Shown piece after piece: positions 31,080-39,855 of a stretch of 64,000 nt of DNA. The notes under the pieces are model-generated. The model saw only the letters and a list, made by a program, of their open reading frames with translations, searched no databases and was not told where the DNA came from. Position numbers and translations under genes: made by a program. The stretch lies in the NCBI GenBank assembly GCA_963796275.1, contig CAWCKY010000006.1, forward strand, positions 1,440,001 to 1,504,000, given 5' to 3'. Source of the stretch: an uncultured Acidobacteriota bacterium (GTDB lineage: Bacteria; Acidobacteriota; Blastocatellia; RBC074). How positions within the stretch are numbered: the stretch's first letter is position 1; the number at the start of each line of letters is the position of its first letter.

Positions 31080-32265
31080 CCGTCAAGGTGATTTCGCACA
31101 ATGCTCCGGCGTAGCTTTGATTTCCGCCATCGCCCACAGAGCCGTTCAGATAAGCGGTGACCTCTACCCGCGTGCCTTTGGGAAACGCCCGAGGCCGTCT
31201 GAAGTAATAGACCGGCTGCCAATCGAATCGATATTTCTTCGCCCATATCAATACTTCAATGGTGCCATCGGGTCGATAGGCCCTGACTTCCATCGACTCG
31301 TTGTCAGGGTAGAGGAGCGGGCGTATTGCGACAGACTCAGTCGGCGCACTGATTGTGTGAGTGGCCCTCACGCGACCGTTATCCGCAATTGCCCCGCGCG
31401 TGCCTATGATGATCGTGCGGGCTGCTTTCCTGATCCGGTCTTTTGCGAAATAAAAACCGATGCGGCTGCGGTCAGTCGCAGCTTCGCCATTTTTGCGGTA
31501 ATGGAGCTTCAGCAGGATGCTGGAATTCGCCGGCAGCAGGCGGCCGATGCCATCCGGCAGGTGATTGACCGCCTGGCCGGGCACCCATTGTCCCAGGCTT
31601 TCAAGATTCGCCGCTTCACCGCCGCAGGTTTCTTTGCCATGCCCCGCCTTTCGCGTATTACTTTCGATAAAGAATGATGCGCTGTAGACGATGGCGCCGT
31701 TTCCCGGCTTAAAGTCGAATGCGCTGATCCAGCGATCTTCTTTCGATCTCACGGGCAATGCAAAACAGCGGACTTCATCATCGCCGTTTGCCGAGATATT
31801 CGTCGCGCTTTCGGGCTCGAGAATCAAATCCGGTTGGCCGAGAGTCCAGTCATCGCCTTTTATTATCCGATCGATCGCTTGTCCGGGATAGTCTTTATCT
31901 TCGCCGCGCGGGGCGCCGCCCTCGACCCAGGATACGATCAGGTCTAGTTCGCGCTGCGGCAGGATGTAATCGTGCTGGAACGCGCCATAACCTTTGACCG
32001 CCTGGTAAGGCATCATCCGCTTCTCCAGCACCTCTTCTTTGATCGCCTTCGCCCAGGGGCGCGATTCTTCGTAAGTCGTCAAGGGGATATCAGCCTTGAT
32101 CTTCCCTACGCTGTGACACCCGAGGCAATTGCGCTGAAAGATGCGGATGATCTCCTTATTGAACATCACTTTGGTGGTGATCGGCTCGTGCGTGCTGCCG
32201 GAATGAGGGAAGAGCAGAACGATGAGGGTCGTAATAAGGATTAGTGCGAACTTCTTCGGATGCAT
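31024..32265 (-). CDS. Cytochrome c + copper monooxygenase-like protein with degenerate copper sites (paralogue 5)
   Basis: CLGCH and RMMPY retained. HH is replaced by YS (IVYSASF), PHMH by PLLY, and the DEMM motif is absent. LKLHY and FDWQ are kept. Confidence 0.8.
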   Translation of the reverse strand: MHPKKFALILITTLIVLLFPHSGSTHEPITTKVMFNKEIIRIFQRNCLGCHSVGKIKADIPLTTYEESRPWAKAIKEEVLEKRMMPYQAVKGYGAFQHDYILPQRELDLIVSWVEGGAPRGEDKDYPGQAIDRIIKGDDWTLGQPDLILEPESATNISANGDDEVRCFALPVRSKEDRWISAFDFKPGNGAIVYSASFFIESNTRKAGHGKETCGGEAANLESLGQWVPGQAVNHLPDGIGRLLPANSSILLKLHYRKNGEAATDRSRIGFYFAKDRIRKAARTIIIGTRGAIADNGRVRATHTISAPTESVAIRPLLYPDNESMEVRAYRPDGTIEVLIWAKKYRFDWQPVYYFRRPRAFPKGTRVEVTAYLNGSVGDGGNQSYAGALCEITLTASFERTFRPAPAPPPRRG

Positions 32266-32293
32266 AAATTGAGCAAGTGAACTTCAGCGCAAT

Positions 32294-32353
32294 AATCACA
32301 AAAAGGACTAAAACCACAAAAAGTCCGTTTGTGATTTTGTCCTTTTTGCGATT
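32294..32353. repeat. Long inverted repeat between paralogues 4 and 5, possible terminator or processing hairpin
   Basis: aatcacaaaaaggactaaaaccacaaa pairs with tttgtgattttgtcctttttgcgatt. Confidence 0.65.
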
Positions 32354-32362
32354 TTATGTTGA

Positions 32363-33631
32363 TCACTCCGCTGCTTTCTCAGCCGGTTTCGATCCAGTAA
32401 CGTTATAATAGCTCAACCAGCCGATCATCATCTCCTCCCACGTCTGCTCGCCCCACTTAACATCCTTGGAAGGGTCAGGATTGAATCTGTTGTTGGACGA
32501 ATTGTCGAAGTGTGCGACGCATTCGATCTTCGTGCCTTTCGGGATCACAATCGGTTCCTTCGGAACGTAATATGTCTGCCAGTTGAAATCATAGTTCGGC
32601 ACATTGAGCAGTACTTTCGATGTCCCGTCAGCGTAGATCGCCTTGATTTCGAAATCTTTGCCGCGCAGATGCATATGAGGCATGAGGTTCGAGAGTTGCA
32701 CGTCCTCCTTGAACGTATAGGTGGATTTAACCTCATGGCTCGCGGCGCCGGCCGGGATAACAAAAGTCGTGTTGAGGACCGGGCGGGTGAATATTTGATG
32801 CTTCGGCGGCTCTTTCGCGTATTTCAGACCGACCGTCGTGATATCTTTTGTCGCCGTTCCATTGGGAGTGTAATGCATCTGGAAGATTAGAGTCGCGCCG
32901 GCCGGAACCTTTTTCGCCGTTCCGGGCCGATAGATCGCCGGTTGTTCGCCGGGCGCTGTTCCGACCAACAAATTGCTGTCGATGCGCGCCGGCGTCTTCG
33001 GGTCTTGGATGAACACGATAACGTGGTGCACGGCTGAACGGGCAGTGCTGCGAATCTCCGCCGCCGTAATCCAGCGGTCTTCTTTGAAATTGGTCGGCAC
33101 CCTGAGATAGAGGTATTTGACAACGCCGGTCGAGGGAACCGATTGCTCTGGGATTGAGAAGGTTTCATCCGGCTTACCGATACCCCATCCTTCGACAAAT
33201 TTCGGCGCGGGGGGCAGAAGCTTCGGATCGCCCTCCTTTGCTCCCCCGTCGACCCAGGAGACTATGGTGTCTATCTCGCTCTGCGATAAGCGGCGATCAT
33301 TAAGCCATTCGCCGTGGTTCGGGTCGGCGTGCCAGGGCGGCATTTCGCGCGAGACCACCTTTTCGCGAATCGATTTCGCCCAGGGACGGGCATCTTTGTA
33401 GCTCATTAACGAAAACGGCCCGATCTCGCCCGCCCGGTGGCACTCGGCGCAGTTCTTGAATAAGATCGGCGCGACATCTTTAGAAAAAGTAATATTCTTC
33501 GCCGCCGTCTTATCGCGCCCGGATTCGCCAAAGGATGCTTTGCCATCAGCTGTAGCGAATGGTTGTAAAAATAGACAAAGGGGGCCCAATATGAGAATGG
33601 CGGCAGTGACAATCAACTTTTTTTTCATCAT
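32363..33631 (-). CDS. Cytochrome c + PHM/DBH-type copper monooxygenase fusion (paralogue 4)
   Basis: Signal peptide; CAECH; MPPW; AVHHVIV; FQMHY; PHMHLRG; YDFNWQ; EEMM. Confidence 0.85.
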   Translation of the reverse strand: MMKKKLIVTAAILILGPLCLFLQPFATADGKASFGESGRDKTAAKNITFSKDVAPILFKNCAECHRAGEIGPFSLMSYKDARPWAKSIREKVVSREMPPWHADPNHGEWLNDRRLSQSEIDTIVSWVDGGAKEGDPKLLPPAPKFVEGWGIGKPDETFSIPEQSVPSTGVVKYLYLRVPTNFKEDRWITAAEIRSTARSAVHHVIVFIQDPKTPARIDSNLLVGTAPGEQPAIYRPGTAKKVPAGATLIFQMHYTPNGTATKDITTVGLKYAKEPPKHQIFTRPVLNTTFVIPAGAASHEVKSTYTFKEDVQLSNLMPHMHLRGKDFEIKAIYADGTSKVLLNVPNYDFNWQTYYVPKEPIVIPKGTKIECVAHFDNSSNNRFNPDPSKDVKWGEQTWEEMMIGWLSYYNVTGSKPAEKAAE

Positions 33632-33683
33632 CTATACCTCTTGATCTTTACTTATCGGGCACTCTCGTTCCGATCATCTTGAC

Positions 33684-33908
33684 TCAGATTGACTCAGACC
33701 GTTTATAGAGCCAGAAAGAAAAGCCTATAACTATAATGCCGATGGGGATTAAGCCTAGGCTTCTATCCCAGGACTGAACGACAGGCGGTAAAATAAGATT
33801 TTTTTGCAACAGGAGAAGGATACCGCCGAATACGGATTGCGTGAGCAACAACAACCCTGTGACGAGCAGGATGCGATTAAACATATGCAATCGATGTGAT
33901 TTACTCAT
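33684..33908 (-). CDS. Small two-TM membrane protein inside the array
   Basis: 74 aa with two hydrophobic stretches; GAGG RBS; ATG 15 nt after the preceding stop. Confidence 0.7.
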   Translation of the reverse strand: MSKSHRLHMFNRILLVTGLLLLTQSVFGGILLLLQKNLILPPVVQSWDRSLGLIPIGIIVIGFSFWLYKRSESI

Positions 33909-33923
33909 ATGTTAACCTCGAGT

Positions 33924-35636
33924 TTACCGGGGGCGCTCGCTTCCGTTTTTATCGACCTTCTTCGCCCGGATGTTTCGACGGTTCATCTCGAAAAGTAATT
34001 CGCTGACCTCGCCTCTATCATTTTTGATAAATGTCACCTGCGCATCCACGACTTTGAAGAAGAACTTCGTCTCCGATTCCGGAAATGCCTGAATCCGCGG
34101 CTGGCCGGGAGCGACGAAGAAAAGTTTATCATTTTCGCGCAGTATGGTGAATTTCGGACCCAAACCAGTCGCGTACTCGCCTGTATAAGAATCGTAAATA
34201 TTGGCATCAACCCGGGCGACGTTGCGTTCTTTCGGTTTTTCTCGAATGAAATCGATAAAGCCGACGAGCATTTCATCGTAAGTAGGTTCGCCGAAGCGAA
34301 CAGCCCGGGTAGGGTCGGGGTTGTGCTCGTTCTTCGCCGAATTGTCAAAATGCGCGGTGACCATAAACTTTGCGCCTTTGGGGACGGGGACGGGCTTATT
34401 AAGCTTGTAGAGCGTTTGCCAGTTGAAGTTGTAATCGACCGACAGCAGAGTCTCGCGACGCCCGTCCGGATATAAGACTTCAAACTTCATATCTTTTCCG
34501 CGCACGTGCATATGTGGCATGTAATTGACCAGTTGCACATCGCGCGGAAAAATATAGCAGGCTGTGGCTTCATGATTTTCAGCCCCCGGCGGAATCTTGA
34601 AGAAGAAGTTGGTCACGTCACGGGATTCGATCATATGCTCGACGGGAGCTTTGGCGAACTGCAGGCCGACTATCGTGCGGTCTTTCTCGGGTTTGCCGGT
34701 AGTCTTCGCGTAGTGCATCTGGAAGATGAAGTTCGATCCGGCCGGGACGCGTTTGGCGGTTCCCGCCGGCCAGACATCCGCGTTTCTGCCGGGAGCGTAT
34801 ACGCACAGCAACCGCGCTCCTGCATTGCCGCTGATCGCCCCTCCATTGGGGGAACTGCAGCCATCGTCAATCACCTGGGCATCCGGAGATACCCTCCTGA
34901 CCGTGCCTTCTTTTCTTAGGACGGAGCCCGCTTCGCTCTCGAAGAGCGAAGGTGCGGAGCGCGGATCGAATCGCTGTCCCCGCCGGGCTGCATTTGCTTG
35001 GGCCATCTCCAATAGTTCCGGGGACTCTATGAAGACTGCCGCGTGATGCACTATGCGCTTGTTCCCCGGGCGAAATTCGACGGCCTGTATCCATTTATCC
35101 TCGGTGAAATTGGTCGGCACGCGGAAGTAGATGTAATCATCGGCGCCCGAAGCCGCGAGCGTGTACTCCTCGGGCATGGCGAGAGTGACATCGGGTTTTC
35201 CGATCTCCCAGGTCTCGTCGAATCGGGGTGCCGGCGGCAGGTCTCGCGGGTTGCCTTCTCCCGCTCCCTGATCGATCCATGCGACGATCGTGTCGATCTC
35301 CCGTTGCGACAGGCTAGGATTGTTGGAGAAATCGCCGTAACGCGGATCGGCGCTCCAGGGCGGCATTTCGCGATTAATCACCTTCTCGCGGATAGATTTC
35401 GCCCAGGGGCGGACATCTTTGTAGCTCAGGACCGAGAAGGGAGCGATGTCATCGGGTTTGTGGCAGCTCGCGCAGCTCTTGTAGAGGATGGGCGCCACAT
35501 CTTTGCTGAAGCTCACGTGCTTGGATGTTGGCAAAAATGGCAAGAAAGGCAAGAGGGAGAAAAATGAGGCGAAAACGAAAAAGGCCTGGAATCTCCCCCT
35601 TTTGCACATGCCTATTTTTGTCTTTTTTGTTTCCAT
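33924..35636 (-). CDS. Cytochrome c + copper monooxygenase fusion with C-terminal DUF3471-like domain (paralogue 3)
   Basis: CASCH; MPPW; IVHHAAV; FQMHY; PHMHVRG; DEML; tail YDSYTGEY...FPESETKFF...TFIKNDRGEV. Start taken at METKK. Confidence 0.85.
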   Translation of the reverse strand: METKKTKIGMCKRGRFQAFFVFASFFSLLPFLPFLPTSKHVSFSKDVAPILYKSCASCHKPDDIAPFSVLSYKDVRPWAKSIREKVINREMPPWSADPRYGDFSNNPSLSQREIDTIVAWIDQGAGEGNPRDLPPAPRFDETWEIGKPDVTLAMPEEYTLAASGADDYIYFRVPTNFTEDKWIQAVEFRPGNKRIVHHAAVFIESPELLEMAQANAARRGQRFDPRSAPSLFESEAGSVLRKEGTVRRVSPDAQVIDDGCSSPNGGAISGNAGARLLCVYAPGRNADVWPAGTAKRVPAGSNFIFQMHYAKTTGKPEKDRTIVGLQFAKAPVEHMIESRDVTNFFFKIPPGAENHEATACYIFPRDVQLVNYMPHMHVRGKDMKFEVLYPDGRRETLLSVDYNFNWQTLYKLNKPVPVPKGAKFMVTAHFDNSAKNEHNPDPTRAVRFGEPTYDEMLVGFIDFIREKPKERNVARVDANIYDSYTGEYATGLGPKFTILRENDKLFFVAPGQPRIQAFPESETKFFFKVVDAQVTFIKNDRGEVSELLFEMNRRNIRAKKVDKNGSERPR

Positions 35637-35661
35637 CACAACTTCTCTCAGGCGGCTTAAT

Positions 35662-37056
35662 TCATCGCCTCGCCGTCGAGGCCTTCGCTGATTTGCCATC
35701 GATCGTGTACTCAATCATGCCGACCATCATCTCATCATAGGTCGGATCGCCGAATCGGACGGACTGAGAAGGATCCGGGTTGTATTTATTCTTGCTCGAA
35801 TTGTCGAAATAACCGGTGACGAGTATCTTCGTTCCTTTGGGTATCGGGATCGGCTTCGCGGTATAGTAGACCGTCTGCCACGAGAAACTGTAGTTCGGCA
35901 CATTGAGCAGGACTTCGGTTCGGCCATCCGGGTAGATCGCCTTGAAATCCATCGCCACGCCGCGCAAGTGCATGTGCGGCATTAAATTTACGATCTCTAT
36001 ATCGTCTTTCACCGTCCAGCAAGCGGTCGTGCGATGCCGCTCGGCGCCTGGCGGAATCATGAAGTAGCCGTTGGCGATGCTCCTGGTTAAGAGTTTTTTC
36101 CCGCTCGGATTTTTGGCGAAGATCAAACCGACGCTGGAACGGTCTTTTTGCACCGATCCCGCGGACTTCGAGTAATGTAATTGGAGGAATATCTTTGACC
36201 CGGCGGGAATCTTTTTGATCATACCCGGTTCCAGGACCGTCTGGTTCATCCCCGGGGCATATCCCGTCAGATACGTTACATCTCCCTCGTCCCCGCCCCC
36301 GTCTCTCCTGTCGCCCTGTCCCCCATTCGGCAACGAGCACCCGTCGTCATAAATGGGAGCTTCCCTTCTGGTTCGCCGCAGAAACCCGTCGTTGTAACGG
36401 ACGGTCTCTTCACCTTTCTGCGTGCTCTCTACTTTGGCCGGCTTCGGACCCGGTTTGGCGGGTTCGGCCGGCGGCTGAATGATGGCCGCGATGTGATGCA
36501 CTATCTTGCGATTGCCGGGGCGCGCCTCAGCCAACTGCACATACTTATCTTCCGTGAATTTGGGATCGATCTGGAAGTATCGATACTCATCCGGCCCGCT
36601 GGCTTCGAGCGTGAACTCCTCGGGCATCGTCAAAACGATATCAGGCTTGCCGATCGTCCAGCCATCGGCGAACTCAGGCTGAGGCGGCAAATCTTTCTCA
36701 TCGCCTTCGGGCGCGCCCTGGTCCACCCAGGCGACTATCGCATCGATCTCCTTTTGCTCTAAACGGCGATCGTTCGCCCATTGGCCGGTATGCGGATCGG
36801 CATGCCAGGGCGGCATTTCACGGCTCAAGACTTTTTCCCGAATCGATTTGGCCCAGGGCCGCGCATCTTTGTAGCTCAAAGTCGAGAATGGCGCGTTCTC
36901 ACCCGATCGATGGCACTCGGCGCAATTCTTGAAGAAGAGCGGGGCGATGTCTTTGTTGAATGTCACGCCGTGCGCCCCCTGGCTTGTCGGCATCGACCAA
37001 AGCAAGAGCGCCGCGACGCTGGCCAGAGAAATGACGGTCGTGTGAACAATTTTCAT
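35662..37056 (-). CDS. Cytochrome c + copper monooxygenase fusion (paralogue 2)
   Basis: Signal peptide; CAECH; MPPW; IVHHIAA; LQLHY; PHMHLRG; YSFSWQ; DEMM. Confidence 0.85.
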   Translation of the reverse strand: MKIVHTTVISLASVAALLLWSMPTSQGAHGVTFNKDIAPLFFKNCAECHRSGENAPFSTLSYKDARPWAKSIREKVLSREMPPWHADPHTGQWANDRRLEQKEIDAIVAWVDQGAPEGDEKDLPPQPEFADGWTIGKPDIVLTMPEEFTLEASGPDEYRYFQIDPKFTEDKYVQLAEARPGNRKIVHHIAAIIQPPAEPAKPGPKPAKVESTQKGEETVRYNDGFLRRTRREAPIYDDGCSLPNGGQGDRRDGGGDEGDVTYLTGYAPGMNQTVLEPGMIKKIPAGSKIFLQLHYSKSAGSVQKDRSSVGLIFAKNPSGKKLLTRSIANGYFMIPPGAERHRTTACWTVKDDIEIVNLMPHMHLRGVAMDFKAIYPDGRTEVLLNVPNYSFSWQTVYYTAKPIPIPKGTKILVTGYFDNSSKNKYNPDPSQSVRFGDPTYDEMMVGMIEYTIDGKSAKASTARR

Positions 37057-37172
37057 TTATTTCACCTTTTTCACTGAGCCGCCGGAGAGAGGATCAGCTC
37101 AAACAGATATATCTCTTTCCACTCTCCGAGTCTTTTTGTGCTTCGATGGTTAGATTCGTAATTAAAGTTTCG

Positions 37173-38849
37173 TCATTGCCCGACCTGCCGGGCAGCTGCC
37201 GTCTCCTTGACTCTCTTCACGCGCGTGGTGCGCCCGCCCTCCAGCAGAGCTTCGGATACCTCGCCTTTGTCATCCAGGATGAAGGTGAGGTCTACATCGC
37301 TGCCGCGCATGAAGAACTTCGTTTCGGACTGCGGCAGAAATTCCATCTTCGATTGCAGCGGGACCTGTATGATCAGGGAATTGCCGTTTCGCGTGACGGT
37401 GGCGAAGATATTCGGACTCACCTCGTACTTGCCGGTATATTTGTCCAGTATCTTAGCTTCGACATGTGCCACTGCGGGCGCCTCCGCGACGGAGTCCATG
37501 AAACCGAGCATCATCTCATCGTAGGTCGGCTCGCCATAACGCACTTCCTTCGACGGGTCCGGGTTGAATCGGTTCTTCGCGGAATTGTCGAAATAGGCCG
37601 TGACCATCAGCTTACTCCCTTTGGGCAGTCGCTTGGGCTCCTTCAAAATATAGTTGGTCTGCCACGCGAATTCGTAGTTGGGAACATTGATCAGCGTCTC
37701 CGATTTCCCATCCGGGTAGAAGACTTTATACTCCATTGCTTTGCCGCGCAGGTGCATATGCGGCATGAGGCCGTAGATGATCGTATCGCGGCGCAGCGTG
37801 CGGCAGGCGGTTACGCGGTGATTCTCTGCGCCCGCCGGAATCTTGAAGAAAATATTGCCGATCGAGTTGGTAATGACGATCTTCTGAGGCGGCTCCTTGG
37901 CGAAGATCAGTCCCACCATCGACCGATCTTTTTCGACGGCATCGCTCCCCAGCGTCTGATTGGAATAGTGAATCTGGAACCGAATAATCGAGCCGGCCGG
38001 AATTTTCCGTGCGATCCCGGGCTCGAAGACATCCGCGTTTCTCCCCGGAGCATAGCCAGTCAGAATGCTCTGATTTTCGCCGCCGCGTGCGGCACTGGAT
38101 GATCCGCAGGCGTCATCGACCACCGGTTGATCGGGTTTCACGCGCAGCAGATATCCATCGCGATAAAACGGCGAGTTCTTGAGCAACATCTCCATCGCTT
38201 TATATCGCTGATCGGTGGTCATCTTAGCCATATTAGGCGAGCCGGGCGGGATGATGAATGCGAGGATATGATGGACGATCTTGCGATTCCCGGGCCGCGC
38301 CTCGACATTCGATACATACTTGTCCTCGGTAAATTTCGGATCGATGTCGAAATATTGATACTCATCGACGCCGGCCTTGTAGGTGTACTCCTCGGGGACC
38401 TGAACGACCATATCCGGTTGGCCGATATTCCAGCCGTTCGCGTATTTGGGAGCAGGCGGAAGGTCCTTTGCGTCTCCTTCCTTGGCACCGCCGTCCACCC
38501 AGGCGATGATCGTATCGATCTCTTTTTGCGAAAGGGAGCGGTTATTTTTAAATTCACCGTGAGAATCCGCATGCCAGGGCGGCATCTGCCGATTCAACAC
38601 CTTCTCGCGGATGGATTTCGCCCACGGCCTCACGTCCCTGAAACTCAAGGCCGAGAAGGGCGCGCCTTCACCAGGGCGATGGCACTCAAGGCAGTTCTGG
38701 AAAAATATGGGAGCGACATCTTTGGTGAATGTAATATCAGTCTTGGCCGTCTTTTCGTCATATGCATTGCCGGTCTCGCTCATGAAATAAAATGCAATTA
38801 AACACATGACGGCTGCTAAGGACAGGTAATAGGAACGTTTGATAGGCAT
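37173..38849 (-). CDS. Cytochrome c + copper monooxygenase fusion with C-terminal DUF3471-like domain (paralogue 1)
   Basis: Signal peptide; CLECH; MPPW; IVHHILA; FQIHY; PHMHLRG; DEMM; tail LDKYTGKY...LPQSETKFF; GAGGAG RBS. Confidence 0.85.
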   Translation of the reverse strand: MPIKRSYYLSLAAVMCLIAFYFMSETGNAYDEKTAKTDITFTKDVAPIFFQNCLECHRPGEGAPFSALSFRDVRPWAKSIREKVLNRQMPPWHADSHGEFKNNRSLSQKEIDTIIAWVDGGAKEGDAKDLPPAPKYANGWNIGQPDMVVQVPEEYTYKAGVDEYQYFDIDPKFTEDKYVSNVEARPGNRKIVHHILAFIIPPGSPNMAKMTTDQRYKAMEMLLKNSPFYRDGYLLRVKPDQPVVDDACGSSSAARGGENQSILTGYAPGRNADVFEPGIARKIPAGSIIRFQIHYSNQTLGSDAVEKDRSMVGLIFAKEPPQKIVITNSIGNIFFKIPAGAENHRVTACRTLRRDTIIYGLMPHMHLRGKAMEYKVFYPDGKSETLINVPNYEFAWQTNYILKEPKRLPKGSKLMVTAYFDNSAKNRFNPDPSKEVRYGEPTYDEMMLGFMDSVAEAPAVAHVEAKILDKYTGKYEVSPNIFATVTRNGNSLIIQVPLQSKMEFLPQSETKFFMRGSDVDLTFILDDKGEVSEALLEGGRTTRVKRVKETAAARQVGQ

Positions 38850-38908
38850 AATTACTTCTCCTCGCTGATCGGTTGAGTACCAGATTGTTTGTTTATGACC
38901 TCGCCGCT

Positions 38909-38938
38909 AATCTACGGGTAAAAGCTGCGCCATGTCAA
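38909..38938 (-). promoter_or_regulatory. Candidate sigma70 promoter of the monooxygenase array
   Basis: Minus strand TTGACA-18 nt-TAGATT, about 60 nt upstream of the first ATG. Confidence 0.55.
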
Positions 38939-39011
38939 GCTCAATAAACCTCCAGTTTATCCAATCATTTCAATAATATCGCGCCGTTACGCCGCCTTAT
39001 ATCTGTAATTG

Positions 39012-39060
39012 ATTGACCGGTCGGACAATAGTCGAATCGAGACTGAATGAGCGTTCAGTC
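39012..39060. promoter_or_regulatory. Two imperfect palindromes, candidate repressor operators
   Basis: attgaccggtcggacaat (39012-39029) and gactgaatgagcgttcagtc (39041-39060). Confidence 0.45.
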
Positions 39061-39273
39061 ATTTATTTTTATAGCTCAAGAATCTGGATCTGGAGAGCAA
39101 AGTAAGTCGTAACGCGAGAAGCGACCCGAGTAGAGCTTACCGCGTTTGCGGACGGTGTGGATAAATTCCAAGAGACCGAGATAGAGCGGTAATTCTTTCC
39201 CATGTCGGTTCGCCGGTTAACGCGTTATAATTTCTATGTATTACCTGCGGTCAGCCAAACAAATGGGAGGGGG

Positions 39274-39855
39274 ATGATTCCTGTGCCACAGGATGTAACT
39301 CAGCTATTGGCAGATTGGAGCAACGGCGATCAGACAGCGCTCGATAAACTGCTGCCGCTGGTCAACGCCGAGTTGCGGCAACTTGCCAGGCGCTATATGC
39401 GCCGCGAAAATCCGGGCCACACTCTGCAAACTTCGGCGCTGGTCAATGAAGCTTATCTGCGACTGATAGATCAAAAGAGCGTGCACTGGCAGAACCGCGC
39501 TCACTTCTTCGGGATCGCGGCGAAGCTGATGCGGCGTATTCTGATCGATCACGCGCGCAGCCGTCATTACGCGAAGCGCGGCGGCGGAGCGCTGAAGGTT
39601 TCGCTCGACGAAGCCGACGCCGTGACCGAGCCGCGGGCCGCCGAACTGCTCGCGGTCGACGAGGCGCTCGAGCAACTGACTGCGATGGACGCGCGCAAAG
39701 GCCGCATCGTCGAGTTGCGTTTTTTCGGTGGGCTGAGTCTGGCAGAGACAGCGGAAGTATTGGGCATTTCATCACCTACGGTGCAGCGCGAGTGGCGGGC
39801 GGCCAAAGCGTGGCTGCGACGGATCTTGTCGGAGGGCAAAGTTGATGACGCCTGA
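39274..39855 (+). CDS. ECF sigma factor, kinase-associated (TIGR02999/ECF43-like)
   Basis: DVTQLL...[44 protein letters not shown] and [12 protein letters not shown]. Overlaps the kinase start. Confidence 0.92.
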   Translation: MIPVPQDVTQLLADWSNGDQTALDKLLPLVNAELRQLARRYMRRENPGHTLQTSALVNEAYLRLIDQKSVHWQNRAHFFGIAAKLMRRILIDHARSRHYAKRGGGALKVSLDEADAVTEPRAAELLAVDEALEQLTAMDARKGRIVELRFFGGLSLAETAEVLGISSPTVQREWRAAKAWLRRILSEGKVDDA

